DNA of 64,000 bases, from NCBI GenBank assembly GCA_038087875.1, contig CM075977.1, forward strand, positions 338,520,001 to 338,584,000, written 5' to 3'. Of the stretch, positions 24,370 to 35,133 are shown in pieces (the first letter of the stretch is position 1; each line of letters begins with the position of its first letter). The stretch comes from Malacoraja senta (Eukaryota). Both the position numbers and the translations under genes were made by a program. Below the pieces are notes generated by a model. It was not told where the DNA came from. It saw nothing but the letters and a program-made list of their open reading frames with translations, and did not search any database.

Positions 24370-26026
24370 TAGTGGGCAAGAGGCAAGACCTTTGAGGGGA
24401 AAATATTTTGGACTTCAGTGTAGCTCCACTTGGTATCAGTCACTTGCTTCTCCAGCATCAAGAGTTCTCTTAATGAGTTTTTGCTGGCATAGTGGACTAA
24501 ATTTTTCAGAACTGCTGTCTTTATTCTGGCTACCCACTCAAATTTATCTCAATGCGAATGGAGGATCTTGGGGGTGGTCAAAGCCTGTTTCAAGGAATTT
24601 GATAGTGCCAAAGAATGTGGTTTACTGCATGTTACATTTATTCACCCTGTGGAAAAGGCTCCGCCTAGGCTTCCTAGAATAGGCCTTTGAACTGCTTGTT
24701 GGGAGCCTGCAAGTTATATGCTAAAATTCCATGTCAATCTAACCAGTGAACAGCCTTGTCAACTAGTCAAATGAGACTGTAAAAGAAGTCTTCGGCACAC
24801 TGTGGGGTTGTGTGCGCAGTACTCAAGTTGATACTGTGTGGAAAAACAATTGCATATTTGTTGAAAAGGAAATTGCTTGTAACTTTATTTAATCCACTAA
24901 ATATGCAGCAGTGAACTTTTTGTATGGGCTATTAAAAATTGGGTGCCAGATAATTTAACCATTAAGTGGATTGTTACAAAAGGCAGCTATCATTTAAAAT
25001 CATAGGAGTGGCAAAGGAGTGACGGGATAATTTGTGCTATGCAGAAAGTTTCCAATGATAGTTCTTCATTCACCAGATGTGTCGGTTCAAAGATAATTTA
25101 GGTTAAGTAATTCTGTTATTTGTGATGCTGTATGCCACTTCTGAGCCTTATGCTCACTACCATGTTGAGTATGATTTGTTGACTGGCATCTGACAAAGTA
25201 ATTGAACTCTTGGTAACATCTTTGGCTGTCAAAGAGTATAGTGGTTGGGGATGGCCCCACTTGTGATTAAGACAGATCTAGAGACAGGCATTCGAAGCAT
25301 CGGTCATGTGTCCCCTTTGGTACTGCATGTTCCTATACCCACTACATACCTGGTAAGATCATGGTTATGACGATTAGACCATGGTTTATTTTTATTTCTA
25401 TGTATCCTGTGGTGCACATGTAGAGAAAAGAATATACAAGTATTCTAATCCGTATTAGTCAAGAGTGTTTTATTGTCATATGTCCCAGATAGAACAATGA
25501 AATTCTTACTTGCAGCTGTTGAATCAATTAGGTCATTAGTTTTCTGTCTAATCTCAATATATTGTATCAATCCAAAACATATTGTATGATGACAAGCAAG
25601 CTGATGGCACTTGATCTTGCTGTTGTGCTGAAAGACAGTTCTCATAGAAGAGGAGTATTAGCATACTCAGGTGTGTTCTAGTGCAACACCTGACCTACAG
25701 TTCCCAAACATTGCAAATAAACCTTTGCATGTTGTAGGATAATTTTGTTGGTTTCTGGAACTGTTTGTTAGTTATGAGACATTATGTGGTACCAAAGTTG
25801 TTTTTGGTGACCAGTGTCGTCAAGAAAGTTGTAACTCCTTGTTCATTTGTTTAAGATTTGTTTAATTTTAAATCTAATATTAGCATAATTGCAGATACAA
25901 CATTTAACTGCAGGACTGTTATCATATTGTCATCCAGATTTTCATTGAATGGCTTTTGTGTAGTTGGTAAAATGAATTTGATTTGTGTTGTATAATACAT
26001 TACATTTTTTTAAATTTTAATTGAAG

Positions 26027-26106
26027 ACTGTGAACCCGAAGAAGTGACTGACTGGTCTATGAATGAAAATTGTTCATGTTGTTGCATAAGGAGGGAGAAA
26101 GTAAAG
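26027..26106 (+). CDS. LCORL: LCORL coding exon 3 (80 bp, phase 1-0): (D)[26 protein letters not shown]
   Basis: ttgaag|AC acceptor and AAG|gtaagt donor. Matches LCORL DCEPEELTDWSMDEKCSFC and is in frame with exon 2. Confidence 0.93.
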
Positions 26107-26389
26107 GTAAGTGGAGCCCTGTATGGTAAATTAAATTTGCCTTGTGAGCTATAACATCTGGCTTTTGCCTCTTAGTTGTTTTCAAAGATGAATACAAAAG
26201 TAATCTAGATATAACAAGATCTACATTCAATGATAGTTTAGGGGATATGTTGATTCTGGGAACTATTTGTTTCTCAGTTACCAGTGCATAATTTGGGTGA
26301 ACATCTTGAGTAAACTGAGAAGAAAGGTGAAAAGCAAAATAGATAGGCATAAATGTGCAAATCCAATGACATTAGAAAAAAATTAGGTC

Positions 26390-26625
26390 CGTGTCACAGC
26401 GTGGAAACAGGCCCCTCAAACCAACTTGCCCACGCCGACCAACATTCCCCAACTACACGAGACCCACCTGTCTGCATTTGGTCCATATCCTTCTACGGGT
26501 ATCCTAACAATGTACCTCTCCAAATGTATTTTAAATCTTGTGATTGTACCTGGCTCAACTACCTTTTCTGACCACTTGTTCAATGCACCTGCCACCCTTG
26601 TGTAAAACAAAAAGTTGTGCCTCAG
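26390..26625 (-). mobile_element. CR1-type 3' fragment (second copy at ~28568-28700)
   Basis: gtggaaacaggcc..aacttgcccac..gaccaacat tail and FYTRVAGALN..FK.HLERY-like remnant. Confidence 0.65.
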
Positions 26626-26723
26626 TGAACCTGACTATTGCTTACCATTTGTCTATGTATATAGCTTTCAAAGGGGTGGTCTAATAGCAAACTACAAAGG
26701 TAATCAGTAGATAAAGGCAGAAT

Positions 26724-27263
26724 AAGCGAGTTCGGTATTCCGAAAAACGCAAGGAATCCTGGGATTTGTCACATGCGATAAACATCCCCCGCAAGCGCCG
26801 TCGAACCGGGGGCAGCTGGAGAAGCCCGGATACCGGCCGCTCCGGCGCCGGATACCGGCCCGCCGCTGCAGCGGTGGCCCAGGCCCGCAGCCAGCGCAGA
26901 GAAGAAGCGCCAACTCCAGCTCAACTCTGCCTGTTCCGCTGGGTTAACCGACAGCCCTGGACTGACGGGACACCAGTCAACCCGGCGGGACAGGAAGAGC
27001 AGAGCCGGAGCCAGCGCCTACCTTCCGCGCCGTATGCAAGCCCGGGCAGCCACCGCAATGGGCTGGTGCCCTGCCAGCCCAGGGCCACCCTGAACACCCA
27101 GGAGGGGACGGGGACGACCCAGCAGCAACTCAGCAGCACCGGGCCCGATCCTGACCACGGATGAAACACAGGTCTGCACCCATGCAGCAGCACAGCCGTC
27201 GAGAATGTTTATTGCGAGTGACACATGACCTGGGCATGCACAGTCGGAATACCGAACTCGCTT
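26724..27263. mobile_element. Unclassified GC/CpG-rich element bounded by inverted repeats
   Basis: Perfect 20-bp IR AAGCGAGTTCGGTATTCCGA (26724-26743) / TCGGAATACCGAACTCGCTT (27244-27263), with imperfect inner extension. Sharp GC contrast with the flanks. No TSD seen. Confidence 0.65.
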
Positions 27264-27938
27264 GTGCATGGCTGGATTTTCTTAAATTATTTGTTTTTAA
27301 ACCAATGAGAATGCTGCCCAAATCTTGCTGATTTATAATATTTTTCTTGCTGAAAATAAATTGAGATGACAAAGTGCAGTATTTTCCAAAGTAAATACAT
27401 CATCACTCAGGATGCATCCTAACATTGCAGGAAGCAAAGATAAAAAAGCAATATTTGGAAATGATAATAAAGGTGCACACCTGGTTGGTAATATTACAGT
27501 GCATCAGTGAAGGAATGTTACAATATGGGAAGTTTTAATCTTAAATCAGTACAGGTGTTAAGTCAGTGTCATTATGCTCCCAATAATGATTTACCATTTA
27601 CTTAGCCAATATTGCACCAACAAATGTCAAATGTTGATCAAAACTTGCTGTTCTCTAAATAAATGCTGCAATAGCTTGTCTAAATTATTGCTACATTATT
27701 TATGTTTCAACTCAAAAAACTTTACCTGGACTCCAGCTGTTCAAGGTGGCTAGTCACCAGCACCACCATCAATGGTGGATGATAAATGTTTGCAATTTGT
27801 CCAGAAAATGAATATTGTGTTTTTTTCACCTGTTACCCCTGTCATGCTGCTGAATATTTTTGGGTGAGATTGAAAGCTGGGTTCTTGTATTTTGGCTATG
27901 TTCTTGCATAAAACCTGCTGTTATGACCTCTCTTTTTT

Positions 27939-27958
27939 GGGGGGGGGGGGGGGGGGGG
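27939..27958 (+). repeat. G20 homopolymer
   Basis: 20 consecutive G followed by TGGGAGGG. Confidence 0.9.
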
Positions 27959-30885
27959 TGGGAGGGAGTTGTCTTGGTGGAATGGAATGAATTAAGGAGG
28001 GAATGTATAAGTAAGAGTAATTGTGATTACTGTGTGCTTATAGCACATGGCATTTGCTGGTGCTTGATCTGTTCACATCTTGCTATTTCCAATCTGAATT
28101 TGAACAGATCATTTTCTCTGGAAATATTGTACCTGAAAGAAATAAACACCAACTGTTCAGTTAGTAATTTTGCTGCATGAATGACAAGACCTGAGTAGCA
28201 ATATTTGTCAGGTACTTTCCAGTGGCTAAATTATAATTCTACACATCGCTCTATTTCATGCAACCGTAACACTTGGAAACCTTTTCATCCTTTATTGTGA
28301 TTATCTCAGGATGCCATTAACCCAATTTAAAAGTGCAAAATTTGAATTGTAAGCCTATGTTTTTTGATAATCATTATCTTTGGAGAACATTCTCTCAAGC
28401 CTTCACACTGGAGTAAGCAACACAGAAAATTCAGCCAACATTTGCAAATGCTCTGTGCTTAATGATTTTTAATACATTTGTGGCTGATCTTAGTGTAACC
28501 TCTAATCTGCATTCCCATTGACCTATATTAATCGTTCACTCTTAATTTCCAACCTTGTTTACCTGCTTAGAGTCATACAGTGTGGAAACGGGCCCTTCGA
28601 CCAAACTTACCCACACTGGCCAACATGACCCAGCTACATTAGTCCCACCTGCCTGCGTTTGGCCATTATCCCTGCAAAACTGTTCTATATATGTACAAGC
28701 TATGAAAGAATGATGTGGATGCTAGTAATCTGAAGTGTAATGTTAATTTCAGATTTCCAGCATCCGCATTTTGTTGCACTAGTAATTTCAAGTCTGGTTT
28801 CTGAAGAAAATTGCTCTGCTTTTACTGGACAAAACTTTAAGCCTGTGTCTTACACTATACTATTTACAAAATAAATTGATTTTGTTTGCAGTACATTAGA
28901 CTTTCTTGTCCTATAAGCTCTGCTATGAGTTATAGCATCTCATCAATACATTGGCTGACTTATTATAATAACTGCTCTACACATAATTTGTTCTCCACTC
29001 CCTCTACCTTTTTTCTGTCCATCGTAAAAACTGTAGTATGTCTCCAGCCACTTCAATTTAAAGGTCTGCAAACTCTACAAATGCTGTTCTGAGTATCTGC
29101 AGCACTTTGTTTTTATTTCCGATTTCTGCTTGTTTAACAAGAGCTTGAATGTTAACTGTTTCCTCCTCCACAGATGCTTCCTGACCAGTTTAGTTTTACC
29201 AGCATTTCCTGTTTTTCAGTCCAAGCAGCAGGATTTTTTGAAAAAATGTCTGTTGCCATTTCCTTGCTTCAGTGTGGCTGCCTGTATTGAACATGGTTAA
29301 CTTCAGAGGAAACAAAACAATGGTTTCTGCTTTTAGTCACAGACACTTGAATTCCATAAATACCAACTATTGAGCTCACCTGTATATTACTATTAATTAT
29401 GCTCCGCAGAAACAGACTGATAATAAATTCCGCTTAGACATATGCCACTTGCATTATCTCTATCAATAGACACTTCCTAGGATTTCTGACAAGTTTAAAA
29501 AAATAGTATTTAATAAAACTACACGTTCGTGTAGGTAAAATTGACCTAAACTGCAAGTTTATAAAGGTTCAATTGGCCTAACAATTAAGATTTTAATATT
29601 AGGAATTGGAAAAGACATCATGCCAGGATATTTTACTGTTGAAAATTAGTTTGGAGATTCCAGGAAATCTTTATGTGATCAGGTGATGCAATTTCTATTC
29701 ACAAGCCCAGTATCAGGAGAGAGGAGGTAGGCAGTTTGAAATCACTTCATGCATAACTGAAAAATTAGACCATGTCATTCCACTGTTTCACTATTCTGAA
29801 TATGTGAGGGAGGGCGGGGGGGGAGGAGGAGCATTGGGTCATTGAATGTTAAAAGAGGAGCAAATTCCTACTATGGTTTATCAATAAATTACTTTTTTTG
29901 TCTAGGTTAAACAAACCAAGGGAATAATTCACTGGTTTGCTCCACCACCACTCCCACTTAAACATTTTTTTAAAGAATTAGTATTCAGCTTGGGAAATTT
30001 CTTTCCTTGAAAACATTCATTGATAATTGATTCTTTAATTTACTTGTATCAAAGTAAAATTTTCAGGGATTCTATTGCACCTACTTTTTAAATAACTCAT
30101 CCATGGCAACCCAGATGCTTAACCATGCAAGTCCTATTTAAGAACAGTCCAGGTGTGGGCAGAACAGTGGTGCAGCTGGTAGAAGTACTGCCTCGCTGCG
30201 CCAGAAACCGAGTTTCAATCTTGACCTTGGGTGCTGTCTATGTAGTGTTTTGAAGTCCGATGGAAGATGTAAAGGTTATAAAAGGAATCTCTGCTGCTCC
30301 AATCCTGGAAACCTTAGTTCTCCAGAGAACTGGGGTTACAAATAAAACGGGTTTATTCAAAAATCAATAAATCGGAACATTATAAACCAGCATGACCAAA
30401 CACCTGGATAGAGATAAAAAATAAAACAATAGCAAGAATGTGGTATGCAGTCTCTTGAGCCTTCCCTAGGATTCTGAAAGAGGTGGCTTTATAGATTGTG
30501 GAGGCATTGATAGTGATATTTCAAGTCACTAGAGTCGGGAGTGGTTCCAGATGATTGGAAAATTGCACAAGAAGGGAGCTAAGCGGAATAGTGGGAGCTA
30601 TAGGCCGGTTTGTCTTTGGTGGTTCGTTTTTAGAGTCCATTATAATAATAATAAAGGATGAGGTTACGGAGTACTTAGTTCACGATAAAATAGGCTGAAG
30701 TCAGCGTGGCTTTGTGAAGAGGAGGTTTTGCCTGACAAATTTGCTGGAATTCTTTGACAGACAAAGCAGAGGCCGTAAATGTTGTTTACCTAGATTTTCA
30801 GAAAACCTTTAAGGTGCCACCCGAGAGGTTGTTAAGGAAGATGAGAGCCGTTGTCTCAAAGGGCAGATACTAGCATGGATATCAG

Positions 30886-31011
30886 TGTTTAAGAAGAAAC
30901 TGCAGATGCTGGAAAATCGAAGGTACATAAAAATGCTGGAGAAACTCAGCGGGTGCAGCAGCATCTATGGAGCGAAGGAAATAGGCAACGTTTTGGGCTG
31001 AAACCCTTCTT
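30886..31011 (-). mobile_element. Penelope-derived mini-element nested in CR1
   Basis: Reverse complement begins GAAGAAGGGTTTCAGCCCAAAACGTTGCC. Duplication CATGGATATCAG at 30874-30885 and 31012-31023. Confidence 0.85.
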
Positions 31012-31891
31012 CATGGATATCAGGTTGGCTAGGTGGCAGAAGGTAAAGAGTGGCAATAAAGGGGGCTTTTTCTGGTTAGCTGCCAGTGACTAGCAGTGTT
31101 CCTCAGGGGTCGGTGCTGGAACCGCAACTTTTCACGTTATATATTAATGATTTGCATGAGGGCATTGAAGGCTATGTGGCCAAGTTTTTGCATGATATGA
31201 AAATAGGTGGAGGGGCAGGGAGTGTAGAGAAAGCAGGGACTCTGCAGAAGGACTTGGACAGGTTGAGAGAGTGGACAGAGAAGTGGCAGATGGAATATAG
31301 TGTAGCAAAGTGTGGAGTCATGCTTTTTAGTAGTAGGAATAAAGGAGTAGATTATTTTCTAAATGGGGAGAGAATCCAGAAATCGGAAGTGCAAAGGGAC
31401 TTGGGAGTGCTGGAGCAGGATTCCCAAGAAGTTAATCTGCAAGTCAAATCGATAGTAAAGAAAACAAACTCAATGCTGGCAATTATTGCGAGAGGGCTTG
31501 TATACAAAAACAGGGATTTTGAGGCTCTACAAGGCGTTGGTCAGGCTCCATTTGGAATATTGTGACCACTTTTGGGCACCATGTCTGAGGAAGGATGTGC
31601 TGGCTCTGGAGAGGGTCCAGGGGAGGTTTACAAGAATGATCCCTGAAATGAGTAGGTTCACATATGATGAGTGTTTGACGGCGCTGGGCCCATACTCTCT
31701 GGAATTTAGAAGAATGAGGGGGGACCTCATTGAAATGTACAGAATAGTGGAAGGCTCGCATGTGGAGAGGATGTTTCCACTCGTGGGAGAGTCTAGGACT
31801 GGAGGTCATAGCCTCGAGAGGAGGTTTACAAGAATGATCTCAGGAATGAGTAGGTTAATGTATGATGCGTGTTTTACGGTACTGGGCCTGT

Positions 31892-32469
31892 AGAAACATA
31901 GAAAATAGGTGCAGGAGTAGGCCATTCGGCCCTTCGAGCCTGCACCGCCATTCAATATGATCATGGCTGATCATCCAACTCAGTATCCTGCTTTCTCTCC
32001 ATACCCCCTGATCCCTTTAGCCACAAGGGTCACATCTAACTCCCTCTTAAATATAGCCAATGAACTGGCCGCAACTACGTTCTGTGGCAGAGAATTCCAG
32101 AGATTCACCACTCTGTGTAAAAAATGTTTTTCTCATCTCAGTCCTAAAAGATTTACCCTTTATCCTTAAACTGTGACCCCTTGTTCTGGACTTCCCCAAC
32201 ATCGGGAACAATCTTCCTGCATCTAGCCTGTCCAACCCCTTAAGAATTTTGTAAGTTCCCATAAGATCCCCCCTCAGTCTTCTAAATTCTAGCGAGTACA
32301 AGCCGAGTCTATCCAGTCTTTCTTCATATGAAAGTCCTGACATCCCAGGAATCAGTCTGGTGAACCTTCTCTGTACTCCCTCTGTGGCAAAAATGTCCTT
32401 CCTCAGATTAGGAGACCAAAACTGTACGCAATACTCCAGGTGTGGTCTCACCTGGAGTATTGCGTACAG
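31892..32469 (-). mobile_element. Younger CR1 3' fragment nested antisense in the older CR1, with 5' fold-back
   Basis: ORF 32047..32628(-), part: RPHLEYCVQFWSPNLRKD..RGDLMGTYKILKG..TRGHSLRI. Tail tagaaacatagaaa at the left end. Confidence 0.9.
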
Positions 32470-33025
32470 CTGGAGTTTAAAAGAATGAGGGGCGACCTTA
32501 TTGAAACGTACAGGATTCGGGGTCATAGCCTCAGAATTAAAGGACGTTCTTTTAGGAAGGAGATGAGGAATTTCTTTAGAGGGTTTTTGAATCTGGAATT
32601 TGTTACCACAGAAGGGTGTGAAGGCCAAGTCAGTAGATATATATAAGGCAGAGATAGATAGATTCTTAATTAGTACAGGTGTCAGAGGTTATGAGGAGAA
32701 GGCAGGAGAATGGGGTTAGGAGGGAGAGATAAATCAGCCATAATTGAATGGCAGAGTAGCCTTGATGGGCCAAATGGCCTAATTTTGCTCCTATCACTTA
32801 TGATCATTCATTAAACTTGTGAATGTAAAAAGCTATCATGCTGTGATAAAATTGTTCAGTAATGTGGATTCATAAGTGTAAATTCAGTCTGTATAATGGA
32901 CGAGTTAGGTTGATTTATTATAAACTAGTGATTAAATATAGCATGTATTCAATGTGAAATCTGAAATCTTTGTTGTTTCACTTATTTTTAAGAAATTTCT
33001 GAGCATAATTCATTACTGTTTCTAG

Positions 33026-33158
33026 GAGCATATCTCATCTGTGAATGCACCTCCAACACTGACATCTACTGAGGAAACTCTATCTCAGGGGCAGTCCCAC
33101 ACTGAACAGCTTGAATGCCAAGCAGACAAATTTCTTAATGCTATCTTTCACAAAAAAG
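33026..33158 (+). CDS. LCORL: LCORL coding exon 4 (133 bp, phase 0-1): [44 protein letters not shown]
   Basis: tttctag|GAG acceptor and G|gtataa donor. Matches LCORL ...[25 protein letters not shown]. Confidence 0.92.
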
Positions 33159-33452
33159 GTATAATATTTATGCTTTGATTATTGACTACTTGAATCTTCA
33201 GCTTTGTTGATCAGACATTATTCTAATTTGCAATGTTTGAACTCTGTTCAGTCTTTATTGCAGTTTTTAATCTGTATATTTGCATGAAACTATGTAACAT
33301 GAGAAAGATGCACGAGAAACATCCACCTTTAACATTGAGTCTTGTACTATTCAAGGAATAAATCGCCAAATCACTGAGTCAACGGTTTGCATATTCCATA
33401 TGGTGCTTTACATTCCCAGTCAAGTTTAATTTTTTTTAATAAAGACACACGG

Positions 33453-33467
33453 ACGCCATCTACTGGT
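33453..33467 (-). promoter_or_regulatory. CTCF-like motif (CCAGTAGATGGCG)
   Basis: Close match to the CTCF core consensus, ~300 bp downstream of exon 4. Binding is not shown. Confidence 0.4.
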
Positions 33468-34267
33468 TGTTTGCAAAATGACTTCACTTTCATTGATTGT
33501 TATTTTCAGTGGCTTAATAGGCCTTAAAATTCCTGGATTGGCATAAGGCAAGTGAAGCCAAAATTTAACAAGTCTCCACACTAATCTTACAGACGGCAAC
33601 TTGTGGTACAATTTCCAGAGAATCTTATTAGCACATAAGCTGGTATAAATAAGAAGTTCAGAAGATGCGTGTTATTGCAGACCCTGGGACAAAAGAAGCA
33701 ATCTTTTTAAAAAAATAGACTAACAACCAACATTGAGGCATGGCGATTATGGTGAGTGAAGTAATTTTTCACCATCCAATCTTTCCTTGATATAAATTAC
33801 TGTAAAATTTATTTCCTGTGTCCCAAGTTTGTTTTTTTGTTTTCCAGGGGTGTGCCGTGAGAAGAGGTCAGTAGCTGCTGCTAGTTGGCTGGTGTGCTGC
33901 AGGCTATCTTTGGCGGAAATCAAGCTGTAGAAAGATGTTGCTTGATGACAAGGATGCAGCCTCCTTATAGTTAGCCAGTGTAGTGTGCCTGAAGCAGGTA
34001 TCACTGGCTCTATGTAAAAATTCCTGTGACCTCACAAAAACTGTGCTATAAGAATTTCAACAATTTGATCAAGGCTGATAAGGTAAGACATTCACCCTGC
34101 TCTCCCTTTCAGAGATCAAAGTTGAACCTAAATTATTTTTGAGCAATATCCACAACATAGTACCTGCAAAACATGTGATGGCTCCTTTAAAAGGCAGATT
34201 TCACTGTCTCTGCTCCTACTTCCGCCCCTGGCAGGGTGGTCCAGTCACTTACTGGAACACTGAAGCC

Positions 34268-34494
34268 AGACACAAAAAGCTGGCATAACTCAGCAGGTCA
34301 GGCAGCATCTCTGGAGAAAAGGAATAGGTGACGTTTCAGTTCGAGAACCTTCTTCAAACTGTCAGTCTGAAGAAGGGACTCAACGTGAAACATCACCTAT
34401 TCCTTTTTTCCAGAGATGCTGCCTGACCCGCTGAGTTACTCCAGCTTTTTGTCTATATTTGGTGTAAACCAGCATCTGCAGTTCCTTCTTACAC
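34268..34494. mobile_element. Inverted (palindromic) pair of Penelope pLTR-derived units
   Basis: 34268-34360 is the reverse complement of 34365-34455. Both arms carry the hammerhead-like motif pointing away from the centre. Confidence 0.85.
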
Positions 34495-34873
34495 CTACCC
34501 AAACACTGTTTGAAAATAAACTTGCTGCACAGATCTCCTTTCCCAATCCCTCTCACACTTTACACCTATGCCATCAAGTATTTGACCTATCCAGCGGGGG
34601 CAGACTATCTAGCCTATCTGAGCCCCCTCTTAATTTTGTATACTTCTATTAGGTTCCTCCACAGCCTCGCTCCAGAGTAAGCTATCCAAATTTGTCCAAC
34701 CTTTTATAGCTAATCTACTCCAATCCAGGCAACATCCTTCTGCACTTCATAACCAGCTCTGATGACAAGAACTGTGCACAATACTCCATGTGGCTGAACC
34801 TGCGATGTGACTACCGGACATTTATATTCAGTGCCCCAACTGATGAAAATAAGCACGTCATGCTGCCTCCTTT

Positions 34874-35133
34874 ACAGAGATACAGCGCAGAAACAGGCCT
34901 GCCGATCAGCGATCCCCACACACTAACACTCTTGCATTAACATGTGGGACAATTTACAATTTTACCAAAGCCAATTAACCTACAAGCCTGTCTTTGGAGT
35001 GCGGGAGGAAACCAGAGAAAACCCACACAAGTCACAAAGAGAAAGTACAAATGCCATATAGACTAGCACATGGTCAGGATCGAGCCAGGGTCTCTGGCGC
35101 TGTGAGGCAGCAGCTCTACCGCTGTGCCGCCAT
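34874..35133 (-). mobile_element. V-SINE/HE1-like SINE inserted in an old minus-strand CR1 (~34500-35380)
   Basis: Reverse complement of the SINE at 14825 (GGCACAGCGGTAGAG A box, GCTCGATCC B box). Confidence 0.85.

Larger units (their letters stand above)
30470..32805 (+). mobile_element. CR1 LINE RT-to-3' end, interrupted by two nested insertions
   Basis: VTSSVPQGSVLEPQLFTLYINDL..F(L)HDMKIGG..QRDLGV..LYKALVRLHLEYC. 3' UTR at 32640-32805. Confidence 0.88.

Noticed and set aside
26704-27372. Several overlapping 70-130 aa GC-rich ORFs
   Set aside because: Stop-codon scarcity in a GC-rich repeat. No domain motifs or splice-consistent exon.
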